Under the pieces are notes generated by a model that saw only the letters and a program-made list of their open reading frames with translations, had not been told where the DNA came from and did no database searches. A stretch of 64,000 bases of DNA from Minisyncoccota bacterium (GTDB taxonomy: Bacteria > Patescibacteriota > Minisyncoccia > Phycocordibacterales > DATDWN01), in assembly GCA_041658985.1 (NCBI GenBank), contig JBAZZC010000002.1, positions 17,120 to 81,119 of the forward strand, given 5' to 3'. The translations under genes and the position numbers were made by a program. Positions 43,993-53,254 of the stretch are shown piece after piece; within the stretch, counting starts at the first letter, position 1; every line of letters starts with the position of its first letter.

Positions 43993-45147
43993 ATGAATAC
44001 CAAGAGAATTTATTTTATAGTTTTAGGTGTGTTTTTGTTTGTTACTATTTTTATTTTCACAAGTCTTTATGCTTCTACCACCATTAGTACAAATATAAAT
44101 ACAGGAGGTTCGCTGACAGTTAGTAGCACAGGTATTTTTGCTGGGAATGTTGGTATTGGCACGACTACCCCTGCAACTTCACTCAGTATAGTCGCTACCC
44201 CATCAACCACTAGTTATGTAGATGGAATAGCCTCAACTTATTACCCCACAAATCTTTTAAGTATTACTGATACCGCTGTTTCTGCTGTAAATAATACTGG
44301 TATCCTTATTGACTATATAGTTAATCCTTCATCTAATCCTGGCAGTAAAACTTATAGAGGCCAGGTAATTACACTATCAACACCTTCAAGCAATGAACAG
44401 AGTGTGGCGTCTGCTTCTTTGAGAGGTATCCAATCAAATGTTAAACATCAAGGTTCTGGAAATTTATCAAGTTTAATAGGCATAACACTTAATGCAGATT
44501 TCACTGGTTCAGGCACTATTGCGAACCAATATGGTACTAGTGGAAGTATAACCGTTACTGGGAGTGGAAATGTGACAAATCTATATGGCAATGCTTTTTC
44601 AGAAACCGTTACTGGGAGTGGAAATATAAGCAATCTTAAAGGAGAATCAATCACAATAACTCATACTGGTAATGGGAATGTAACAACTCTATCAGGAACT
44701 CTTACCATAATAACTCATACTGGCTCTGGCACAATAACATCATTTGATGGAAGTAGATTAACTCTAGTTAATACTGTCGGGACAATAAACACTGCTTATG
44801 GTTTTAGATTTGAAAGTTTGACTGGTGCAGGCACAGTTGGTAACACTTATGCATTTTATGTAGGTGATATAACTGCCGGCACGCAAACCAATACCCCATA
44901 TTCCTTTTACGCCTCTGACGCTGGGGCATATAATTACTTTGCCGGCAATACTGGTATCGGGACAACTACCCCCCAGACTAAACTTCATGTTTCCTCTGGT
45001 GCAAGTGCCACAACTACAGTAACTGTAGGAGAACTTGGACTGACTACTAGTAAGGCATGTGTTAATATGAATCAAGCAGATGGCAGTGCCGGAAGTTTTT
45101 ATCTGGCAGGAGGTACTGTAAAAGTTGAAGATAATTATTGTAGATAA
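43993..45147 (+). CDS. Secreted surface protein, family member 3.
   Basis: Same termini as member 1 with a different middle segment. Confidence 0.6.
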   Translation: MNTKRIYFIVLGVFLFVTIFIFTSLYASTTISTNINTGGSLTVSSTGIFAGNVGIGTTTPATSLSIVATPSTTSYVDGIASTYYPTNLLSITDTAVSAVNNTGILIDYIVNPSSNPGSKTYRGQVITLSTPSSNEQSVASASLRGIQSNVKHQGSGNLSSLIGITLNADFTGSGTIANQYGTSGSITVTGSGNVTNLYGNAFSETVTGSGNISNLKGESITITHTGNGNVTTLSGTLTIITHTGSGTITSFDGSRLTLVNTVGTINTAYGFRFESLTGAGTVGNTYAFYVGDITAGTQTNTPYSFYASDAGAYNYFAGNTGIGTTTPQTKLHVSSGASATTTVTVGELGLTTSKACVNMNQADGSAGSFYLAGGTVKVEDNYCR

Positions 45148-45171
45148 TCGTCTTATTATTTAATCATTTAG

Positions 45172-45654
45172 ATGTCAGTAATCTTAACAAAAATTACAAG
45201 TGCACTTTCCGGTGATTTAGTCTTTCTCGTCGTTGTTTTTGCCGTCTTATTTATTTGCGCGATGTATTTTGGTAAAAATCAGATGGTTTCTATCGTTCTA
45301 TCATTCTATCCAGCAACACTTCTATACAATAGTTTCCCATTCATTAATAAATTTATTGTACTAACTGGAGAAAAGCTGGTGATTCTAAACAAAGTCGGAA
45401 TATTTCTTATTTTCTTTGTCATAGCAAACTTCGCCATAAGAAAATACATCTCTTCATATAACGAATCATCCAGTATTCTTAAAAACGGGGGATTGGCTTT
45501 TGCCGTTCTTGTTCTTCTCCTTTTATTTTCTTATAGTACTGTGAGTTTAGATATATTTCATAACTTTTCTGGCTCAATAGATGTGCTTTTTGTAAGTGCC
45601 GATAGGGTATTTTGGTGGAATCTGGCTCCTTTGGCCATTTTGATATTTATCTAA
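45172..45654 (+). CDS. Integral membrane protein, 160 aa.
   Basis: Hydropathy only. Confidence 0.4.
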   Translation: MSVILTKITSALSGDLVFLVVVFAVLFICAMYFGKNQMVSIVLSFYPATLLYNSFPFINKFIVLTGEKLVILNKVGIFLIFFVIANFAIRKYISSYNESSSILKNGGLAFAVLVLLLLFSYSTVSLDIFHNFSGSIDVLFVSADRVFWWNLAPLAILIFI

Positions 45655-45773
45655 CCCTACCATTCAAGCACGTTGATTTTTGGCAGTTTTGATGTCTACT
45701 AAAAATTAAGATTATGTGGCTTTATGGAGCCAATATTTAGGCCTTTTCATATCTCATTTTTTGTGTTATTTTG

Positions 45774-45803
45774 TTGACAGGGGGTAGGTAAGTGTGATAT
45801 ACT
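45774..45803 (+). promoter_or_regulatory. Near-consensus sigma70-type promoter: TTGACA, 18-nt spacer, TATACT.
   Basis: Read directly. About 120 nt upstream of the gene at 45927, with a small hairpin plus T-run right after the predicted TSS. Confidence 0.45.
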
Positions 45804-45926
45804 ATACATGACTCAGTAGAACTGAGTTTTTCCGTTCTAAACAGGGATGAAATGAACTAACTTCTTTCATTCCTCCAGAATTACTATTTAATTAAATAAT
45901 TTATTTTAAATTTCACAGCAGTAGGT

Positions 45927-46367
45927 TTGTTTATGGTTTTATCGTCTGTCACAGGCGTTACCAGTCCAGTTACGGTCACAGAGGCTCCAAAAGTGGAAAC
46001 TAGTGCCGTAAAGGAGATATCAAGAAAGGAAGTTGAAAACATAATGAGTACCGAACAATACATTAAACAGTATTTCTCGGATATTCCAATTATGATTCAA
46101 ATTGCCAAGTGTGAATCGAGGTTTAGACAACTCGATTCAGATGGAGATATTCATAGAGGAGTAAATAAAGCTGATGTGGGTGTAATGCAGATAAACGAGC
46201 GTTACCACCTAGACCAGTCAGTAAAGAAAGACTACAATATCTACACCATTGAGGGTAATACCGCTTATGCCCGTGACTTATATGAAAGACAGGGCACACA
46301 GCCTTGGGCGTCATCAAAGGCATGTTGGGGTAAGTATGAGAATAAGGACCTAGCAATAAACAAATAA
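45927..46367 (+). CDS. Secreted transglycosylase-like (Rpf/SLT-like lysozyme fold) protein.
   Basis: IAKCESRFRQLD...GVMQINERYH resembles the catalytic Glu region and the G.MQ motif of lytic transglycosylase-like domains. Confidence 0.4.
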   Translation: MFMVLSSVTGVTSPVTVTEAPKVETSAVKEISRKEVENIMSTEQYIKQYFSDIPIMIQIAKCESRFRQLDSDGDIHRGVNKADVGVMQINERYHLDQSVKKDYNIYTIEGNTAYARDLYERQGTQPWASSKACWGKYENKDLAINK

Positions 46368-46392
46368 TTGTAAAAACAAATTTTACACACGG

Positions 46393-46417
46393 ACCCCTGG
46401 AAACAGGGGTTTTGTGT
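46393..46417 (+). terminator. Intrinsic terminator ACCCCUG-gaaa-CAGGGGU followed by UUUGUGUUG.
   Basis: 7-bp stem plus T-run. Confidence 0.65.
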
Positions 46418-46497
46418 TGTCTAAAAATTTTTAATAGTTTTTATTTTATTGTCTATTTGTAGAGGGGAGTAGTATAAGAGCACGTCGCACAATATAT

Positions 46498-46668
46498 CTT
46501 TAGTGTGTCCTCCTTGAGGGCACACTAAAGATGAATACATTTTACAAACACGGCGCAAAGCTTGTGTCGTAAAATGTATTCTCCCCCATCTACCATTAAA
46601 AAGATTCAACCTGACGCATTATAGGAGGTCGATTCTCGCCTCTTCGGCGAGTCCGTCGTTGAGACGGA
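46498..46668. other. Cluster of four consecutive strong hairpins (10-bp, 13-bp, 5-bp, 6-bp stems) in a convergent intergenic region; candidate structured ncRNA or stacked terminators.
   Basis: CTTTAGTGTG...CACACTAAAG; GAATACATTTTAC...GTAAAATGTATTC; TCGCC-tcttc-GGCGA; TCCGTC-gttga-GACGGA. Confidence 0.3.
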
Positions 46669-46765
46669 TTTAGTATCCAAAAAAATAATTTTACTAGGGG
46701 ATTGGTTATAATCAAAAAACATCCTAAAAATAGGATAACTCCCCTACTCGCACATCATTGTCTTA

Positions 46766-46987
46766 TTAGAAGGTTGGAGCTTTATTAACTATCAAATTTC
46801 TTATTACATCATCCAGCCAATTGTAAAGAATTTTGAAAAATGTTATTGCTGGTTGAATTATTTCTTGGGCCTTAGGTGACCTTAGCCATTCCAATAGGTC
46901 AAAATGCAAAAAATATTTTAAAGCTATTACCGCAATTATTAATAAAATTATTCTTCCTATAAAACCTTTATTGTTAGTTAAATTCAT
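46766..46987 (-). CDS. Small membrane protein, 73 aa.
   Basis: Single TM helix. Confidence 0.4.
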   Translation of the reverse strand: MNLTNNKGFIGRIILLIIAVIALKYFLHFDLLEWLRSPKAQEIIQPAITFFKILYNWLDDVIRNLIVNKAPTF

Positions 46988-47004
46988 ATGGCTATATTAT
47001 AAAG

Positions 47005-48294
47005 TTATTTTGGAAAATATGCCAGAGGGTCCAAATAGGCTTTAATGTCGGCTAGGGGTATTATGGCTTGTTTGCATCCCCTACTATTTACATATTTTTC
47101 TATACGTACACCTTGGGTAGCATAAACACCTACATGTAGGTGTGGTCCTGTAGAATATCCTGTATTACCACTATATCCTATTAAATCACCAGTTTGTAAC
47201 TGTTGCCCAGTAGAGATACTAATTACAGACAGATGCCCATATACAGTAGATAATCCATTATTGTGTTTTATCATAACCCACTTACCAAAGGAATAACATC
47301 CGGAGTACAAATCTGTATTGCCGGTGCCAGCTACCACCCCATCCAAGACGTTTTTTACTCTTGTGCCGACACTAGCTCTAAAATCTATACCATTGTGTGT
47401 CCCCGATGCATATAACTTCTCTGCCCCAACTGTTTTACCGAATTTTTGTGTAATAAACACATTATCTAATGGCCAAGATAATAAACCTGTCTTAGCAACT
47501 GGATATCGCGTCTTATCAATAGCGATATTTAATTGAGATTCATATTCGTAAACCTCTTGTTCAAACTGAGCTTTTTGCTCTTCTTTTGTTTTGACTAATT
47601 GTTTAAAGGCCTCTTCTTTGTTTTTTGTCTGAACCAACAAATTTTCCTTCTCTTTTGTGGTATATATCACCGCCTGTTTTTTTCCATTCAAATCTTGTTT
47701 TAGGTTAATTAAATTATTTTTTTGTCCCTTCAGGGCTGATTGTTTTATTTCCATTTCTGCTTTTAAAACAGACAATTCCTTTGATTTATTTATTATCACA
47801 TCTTGTGTTTCTTTTATATTATCTATTTCATTCCAGATATCACCAATGTTTTTATTTGATAGAATTATTTGGACAATATTTATATCTTCCAAGATACGTG
47901 TCTCTTGTATGGCATTGATTATAGCTTCTTTGTTTACATCAATATTAGTCTTTGTCTTTTCTATCTCGTCACCCAGTTGTTCTATCGTTAAGACCGTCTT
48001 GTTTATCTTATTTTCGGTTAAGTTAATATCTGCTCCTATTTTCTTTTTGGTTAAATCTAATGTTTTTAGAGTATTTTTTAGAGTTGTAGCCTCTTTATTT
48101 GCACTATTAACCTCTTCATTGTATTGTTTTATCTCTTCTTCTAAATGTTTTATCAAAATATTACGTTCCTCAATTTTTATCAGAATATCGTCCTTATTTT
48201 CTATACTAGTTTGGGCTATCACCATAGAAAACGGACTAATACTTAAAAAAAGAGATAATAGAAAAAATAATATATAGATATTTTGTTTAAACAT
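47005..48294 (-). CDS. M23 peptidoglycan DD-metalloendopeptidase with an N-terminal coiled coil (EnvC-like).
   Basis: GTHNGIDFRA...GHLHVGVY is the M23 zinc-site pattern; long heptad-rich N-terminal region. Confidence 0.8.
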   Translation of the reverse strand: MFKQNIYILFFLLSLFLSISPFSMVIAQTSIENKDDILIKIEERNILIKHLEEEIKQYNEEVNSANKEATTLKNTLKTLDLTKKKIGADINLTENKINKTVLTIEQLGDEIEKTKTNIDVNKEAIINAIQETRILEDINIVQIILSNKNIGDIWNEIDNIKETQDVIINKSKELSVLKAEMEIKQSALKGQKNNLINLKQDLNGKKQAVIYTTKEKENLLVQTKNKEEAFKQLVKTKEEQKAQFEQEVYEYESQLNIAIDKTRYPVAKTGLLSWPLDNVFITQKFGKTVGAEKLYASGTHNGIDFRASVGTRVKNVLDGVVAGTGNTDLYSGCYSFGKWVMIKHNNGLSTVYGHLSVISISTGQQLQTGDLIGYSGNTGYSTGPHLHVGVYATQGVRIEKYVNSRGCKQAIIPLADIKAYLDPLAYFPK

Positions 48295-48307
48295 ACATTT
48301 TATTTCC

Positions 48308-49666
48308 TTAGGATAGCTTTTTTATTGCTTGATTAATTCGAGAAACTGTTTCATCTCTTCCCATTATATAAATAAGAGTAAATGGGTCTGGGCTTTTGTC
48401 TCTACCGGACATTGCTACTCGAAGTGGCCACAGGACTTCCCCACGACCATTTTGTGTGGCATAATCAAATAAGAGGTTTTTTATTTCTTCTGAACCCAAA
48501 AAAGATTCTTCTGGTGTGTTTTCCAGAACATTTAACACAAATTGTAGGTGTTTTTTGGTTTCTTCTGGTGTTTGGTTTCCTTTCCAAAACAACAAATCTT
48601 TTTCGTATTGTGGGGGACTCCAATAATAATCTAACTCCCCTCCCCTAACCATCTCGTCTATATCTCCCCATTTTGATATGTGGTCAAAAATTATTGGGCA
48701 CAATTTTTGTAGAAATTTTTCATCACCGTTGATTGAGTTATTTTTTAAACGGCTTAAAATTTCTTGGTTTCGTTCACTTTCCGGCATTAATTTCATGTGT
48801 TCTTTATTAAGCCAGTCCAACTTTTCTGGATTAAAAACCCCACCTCCTTTTTGTATCTTTGAGATATCAAATTTTTCTATGAGTTCAGACAAACTAAAAA
48901 CTTCTTGCTCTCCACCAGGATTCCAACCATTTAAGGCCATGAAATTTAGCAGGGCGTCTGGCAAATAACCGAGCCTTTTATATTCAATGGCTGGAAGAAC
49001 CGACTCATCTCGTTTAGATAGTTTGGCCCTTTCTTTGTTTAGGATAAGCGGTAGATGGGCATATATAGGTCTTGGAGCACCTATAGCCTCTTGAATCAAA
49101 ATTTGACGTGCTGTATTTGGTGTATGTTCTTGGCCTCTAATCACATGTGTTATTCCCATTTCAAAATCATCTATGACAGCTGTTAGATGGTACAAAGGTT
49201 CATTGATATCTCGAGCAATAATAAAATCTCCAAGGTCGGTTGTATCTACTGTTATATCTCCTAGAACTAAATCATTAAATGTAATTTTTTTGTTTGGATT
49301 TTTAAAACGAATAACTTCTTCTCTCTGACCCTCTTCCGTTGGTGTTTCCTTAGAGATGTAGGCAAAACCACCCTCGATCATTTTTTGTATGTATTTTTGA
49401 TGAATTTCCAACCTGTCAGATTGTCTAAAAAACAAATCATGTTTTAAGCCAAGCCATTCAAAGAGTTCAAGAAATTCATCCTCATATTCTCTTCTTGACC
49501 TTTCTTTGTCTGTGTCCTCACTTCGTAATATATAAGTTCCGTTATTTTGTCTCGCAAACAAAAAATTATATAAAGCAGAACGAATTCCACCAACATGAAA
49601 ATGGCCAGTTGGAGATGGCGCAAATCTAGTTATTACTTTATTTGTATTATTCATCATTTGTATCAC
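48308..49666 (-). CDS. gltX: Glutamyl-tRNA synthetase.
   Basis: TRFAPSPTGHFHVGGIRSALYNFLFA...KLSKR. Confidence 0.85.
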   Translation of the reverse strand: MIQMMNNTNKVITRFAPSPTGHFHVGGIRSALYNFLFARQNNGTYILRSEDTDKERSRREYEDEFLELFEWLGLKHDLFFRQSDRLEIHQKYIQKMIEGGFAYISKETPTEEGQREEVIRFKNPNKKITFNDLVLGDITVDTTDLGDFIIARDINEPLYHLTAVIDDFEMGITHVIRGQEHTPNTARQILIQEAIGAPRPIYAHLPLILNKERAKLSKRDESVLPAIEYKRLGYLPDALLNFMALNGWNPGGEQEVFSLSELIEKFDISKIQKGGGVFNPEKLDWLNKEHMKLMPESERNQEILSRLKNNSINGDEKFLQKLCPIIFDHISKWGDIDEMVRGGELDYYWSPPQYEKDLLFWKGNQTPEETKKHLQFVLNVLENTPEESFLGSEEIKNLLFDYATQNGRGEVLWPLRVAMSGRDKSPDPFTLIYIMGRDETVSRINQAIKKLS

Positions 49667-49704
49667 TTTATGGACTTTATAAACTTTACAGACTTTTAAC
49701 TATT

Positions 49705-50844
49705 TTACTTCTCATGTTCTAGAGCTATCGCCAAAATCTCTTGTGCTATTAATTTTGCTGAGTCTCTACGTGCAAATTCTTGTGCACATTTTTCCATTTT
49801 TTCTTTTTCTCCTGGTGTCTCAAGAATTCTATCAATTTCTGAAACCAACAAACTTCCCGCTAAATTTTTTTCTTCTATTACAATCGCTGCTCCAGACCTG
49901 GCATATGAATACGCGTTTGTTCTTTGGTCGTGTGATGTTGGCTCCGGAATTGGAATAATTATGGAAGGTTTTCCCCAAGAGGCAATCTCAAAAATAGTTG
50001 ACCCCGCTCTAGAAACTATAAGATTTGCTACACCGGCGGCAGCTCTCAAATTTAATGTGTTTAAATAATCAAATGGTTTATAGCGATTTTTCAGTGGGTT
50101 ACCCTGTAAAACGACATCTCGTGTTTCTTCAATGATTTTTATGTTTTTTCTACCAGTCTGGTGCACGATTTGATACTTCTTTATTAATTCTGGCAATGCA
50201 TCCATTAAGACTTCATTAATAAAAACTGAACCTGTTGAACCCCCTATGACAAAAATGGTTGGGATACCTTCTGTCAGCTCTAATATTTTAAAAGCCCCGA
50301 CAGTTAATGGTTCTTGCACTTCTTTCCTTATTGGGTTTCCCGTATAGGCTACTTTTTCTTTTTTAAAAAATTTTATAGCTTCAGGATATGAAATGGCGAT
50401 GCGACGGGCAAATTTACCAGCCCAGGCGTTTACTTTGCCCGGGGTACTATCTGATTCATGTATAATCACGGGTATTCGTAATATTCTTGCTGCAAAAAGA
50501 GCGGGAAAACTAGCATAACCCCCCTTACCAAAGACGACATCTGGATATATTACAAAAACTCTCCAGAGCGCACCGAGAGAACCAAAAAATATTTTAAATA
50601 AATCAATAAAGTTTAGAAATATGTTAAGTGGAGAAAGATTCCTTCGTATTTTACCAGAATTTACCGCCTCAAAACTTATATTATTTTGAAATAATAAATT
50701 CTCATTATAGGGCTCAGTAGACATATAATAAATCTGAGGCTGAAGAAGATGGTTTTCTTTTACCATTTGGTTAATTTCTTCCACAATAGCAATAATGGGA
50801 TAAAAATGACCCCCAGTACCGCCTCCAGTAAATAATAGTTTCAT
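49705..50844 (-). CDS. murG: MurG (undecaprenyldiphospho-muramoylpentapeptide beta-N-acetylglucosaminyltransferase).
   Basis: MKLLFTGGGTGGHFYP; GT28 fold; sits in the mraY-ftsW-murG order. Confidence 0.8.
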   Translation of the reverse strand: MKLLFTGGGTGGHFYPIIAIVEEINQMVKENHLLQPQIYYMSTEPYNENLLFQNNISFEAVNSGKIRRNLSPLNIFLNFIDLFKIFFGSLGALWRVFVIYPDVVFGKGGYASFPALFAARILRIPVIIHESDSTPGKVNAWAGKFARRIAISYPEAIKFFKKEKVAYTGNPIRKEVQEPLTVGAFKILELTEGIPTIFVIGGSTGSVFINEVLMDALPELIKKYQIVHQTGRKNIKIIEETRDVVLQGNPLKNRYKPFDYLNTLNLRAAAGVANLIVSRAGSTIFEIASWGKPSIIIPIPEPTSHDQRTNAYSYARSGAAIVIEEKNLAGSLLVSEIDRILETPGEKEKMEKCAQEFARRDSAKLIAQEILAIALEHEK

Positions 50845-51043
50845 CCCAGTAGTAGAAAATGACATCGCTCTGCGAGCTGACAATCTTTTTCTATATTATA
50901 TCCACTAAATTTCGACTTATTCATCGTATGTTTTATTTATTTGGTTATTAATGTCATTTACACTACTGGGTTAATCCCGTAGTGAAGTTGGTATCTAGAC
51001 CTACATGCACTTTAGTGCAATGCCGACTTCTACTATCGGGATT
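50845..51043 (-). repeat. Composite inter-gene module C2 (inverted orientation relative to C1). One hairpin (aatcccgatagtagaagt...acttcactacgggatt) overlaps the ftsW stop. A second hairpin (cccagtagtgtaaATGacat...ATGtcattttctactactgggATG) encloses a 6-codon uORF and the murG start.
   Basis: Inverted repeats read directly; homologous to the module at 23117-23293. Confidence 0.6.
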
Positions 51044-52163
51044 TTTGGTTTTTAGATATATTCAATACTATCCCAACCTCCAAAAGAGTCATAAACAAGG
51101 CTGTTCCACCGTGGCTTATGAATGGAAGAGTAATTCCAGATAATGGCAATACCCCGACCATTGCTCCTATATTTACGAAGGCTTGAGACATTATCATTAT
51201 AACAATTCCCACCACCACAAGTCTACCAAAAAGATCTGGGGTTTTAGAGGCTATTTTCAATCCTCGGAAAGCAAAAAACATGAAAAGCAAAATTATACCA
51301 ATACCACCCACAAAACCAAACTCCTCACAAGCTACGGCAAAAATTGAGTCCCCAATAGGTTCTGGTAAAACATTAAATTTTTGTATACTTTGACCAAATC
51401 CTCTACCGAATATTCCTCCTGAACCTATAGCAATAAGTGATTGTTGAATTTGATATCCACTACCGAGAGCATTTGAAGATGGGTTAATAAAAGTTTCAAT
51501 TCTACTCATAATATATGGTGTTGATAAAGCTACTCCTATAAAAACAAGCATTCCAATAACTCCTGACGCTAAAACATATCTCCACCGACCATTTCCAGTT
51601 AAGAAAATAGCTAGACCAGTCACGGCTGTTATGACAAAAGTGTCGGTGTCTGGTTGTTTTAATAAAATTACTCCAACTAAAACAATCATTATTAAAAATG
51701 GTAAAAATCCATATCTAAAGGTTTGATTTTTATCTTTGACCCGTGCTATCCATGCAGAAAGGAAGATTATAAAGCCTATTTTGAGAAACTCTGATGGTTG
51801 AAAAGTCAAAAATCCGAGATTTATCCAACGACTTGCCCCGCCGTGTTTTATTCCTAAACCAGGCATAAAGACCAAAAGAGTTATAATGATGGAAAACAGA
51901 AAAATAAAAAGAGAATATTTTCTATATATTTTATAATCTATCTGGGAAACAATAGCGCATGCTAAAACACCCAAAAATAAACCAAAAAATGTCTGATTAA
52001 AAGCAACATTTGCGTACTTTGCTGTTTGTGTAGATAAAAGACCAAAAGAGGCAGAAGTAAAAATCAAATAACCAACTCCTACAAGTATGATAATAGAAAC
52101 CAAAAACAGTGTATCAACTTTTATTTTTCTCATTTTAAGTGCACCAGATTTAAAACTCATCAA
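51033..52163 (-). CDS. ftsW: SEDS-family peptidoglycan polymerase FtsW/RodA.
   Basis: 10 TM helices; conserved GASRWINLGFLTFQPSEFLKI. Confidence 0.8.
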   Translation of the reverse strand: MMSFKSGALKMRKIKVDTLFLVSIIILVGVGYLIFTSASFGLLSTQTAKYANVAFNQTFFGLFLGVLACAIVSQIDYKIYRKYSLFIFLFSIIITLLVFMPGLGIKHGGASRWINLGFLTFQPSEFLKIGFIIFLSAWIARVKDKNQTFRYGFLPFLIMIVLVGVILLKQPDTDTFVITAVTGLAIFLTGNGRWRYVLASGVIGMLVFIGVALSTPYIMSRIETFINPSSNALGSGYQIQQSLIAIGSGGIFGRGFGQSIQKFNVLPEPIGDSIFAVACEEFGFVGGIGIILLFMFFAFRGLKIASKTPDLFGRLVVVGIVIMIMSQAFVNIGAMVGVLPLSGITLPFISHGGTALFMTLLEVGIVLNISKNQKSR

Positions 52164-53254
52164 CTGATTAGTGCCAATATTACTCCACTAATAGCAAAAA
52201 CCACACTAATTACCCAGTACCTCATAACAATTTTTTCTCGAGACCAGCCAATCACTTCAAAATGATGATGAAGCGGAGCCACTTTAAAAACTCGATGTTT
52301 GTTGAAATATTTGTAAGAAATCATTTGAATAATAACCGAAAGTGAAGTGGCCACAAGCGGTATGGCGATGATAGGTAAAACCAAAACGGAATTTGTCAAA
52401 AAAGCAATTACAGAAAGAGTTACTGTAAGTCCAAGCATTCCAGTTTCTCCCATATAAAATCGTGCCGGAGGTATATTAAACCAAAGAAAAGCAAGTATTC
52501 CTCCAGCAATAACTCCGCAAAATGCAGCGATATCAATTTGATTGTTTGCAAAAGCTATAATGGAATAAGCAGTAAAAACAGTAGTCATTATTCCGCCAGA
52601 CAAACCGTCCATTCCATCAATAACACTTGTTGAAAAAACAGCAAGCATCACCATTATAAAAAATGGTATAAACAAAAGACCTAATTCCAATTCTCCACTA
52701 AAAGGAATATGAACAGTAGAAATTTCTAATTTATCATAAAACCAAAGACTTATAACTAGACCAATCAGAATCACACAAATGATTTTTATATTTCCATAAA
52801 GAGAGGGGTCTTTGGTGTACCCTTCCTTACCAAATATTTGCAATAAATCATCTAAAAGACCAATAAGAGAAGCAAGAACCAAAACAGCGAGTGGTATTAA
52901 AGTTTGACTACGACTAAAAAAATTAAGTTTTTCGGTTATATCTCCAGGAAAAATAATTGATAATAAATATATTATTAATACAGTCAATAATACTGAAACC
53001 CAAATAATAATTCCTCCTATTCTTGGAGTAGATAATTCTTCTTTAGTGTTGTGTACTTTTGCAAAATCGTCGGTCGTTATATCAGACTCCGTACGTGGAG
53101 ACTTTCTCCACATTTTATATTTATAAAATAAATTTGTAAAAAACGGTGTAATCAAAATAGCTAAAAAGAAGGTTAAAATTGATGGGACCACAACTTTTAT
53201 TACATTCATGATTATCATTTGGAATTTATAGATTTTACAAACACATTGTACCAC
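52160..53254 (-). CDS. mraY: Phospho-N-acetylmuramoyl-pentapeptide transferase MraY.
   Basis: GT4/MraY family polytopic protein (DDxxD-like IDGMDGLSGG) upstream of ftsW-murG. Confidence 0.7.
   Translation of the reverse strand: MVQCVCKIYKFQMIIMNVIKVVVPSILTFFLAILITPFFTNLFYKYKMWRKSPRTESDITTDDFAKVHNTKEELSTPRIGGIIIWVSVLLTVLIIYLLSIIFPGDITEKLNFFSRSQTLIPLAVLVLASLIGLLDDLLQIFGKEGYTKDPSLYGNIKIICVILIGLVISLWFYDKLEISTVHIPFSGELELGLLFIPFFIMVMLAVFSTSVIDGMDGLSGGIMTTVFTAYSIIAFANNQIDIAAFCGVIAGGILAFLWFNIPPARFYMGETGMLGLTVTLSVIAFLTNSVLVLPIIAIPLVATSLSVIIQMISYKYFNKHRVFKVAPLHHHFEVIGWSREKIVMRYWVISVVFAISGVILALIS

Noticed and set aside
42145-45147. Diversity-generating retroelement (template/variable repeat) acting on the surface-protein family.
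   Set aside because: No reverse transcriptase gene is in the window. The differences between copies are segmental swaps and not adenine-specific substitutions. Gene conversion fits better.
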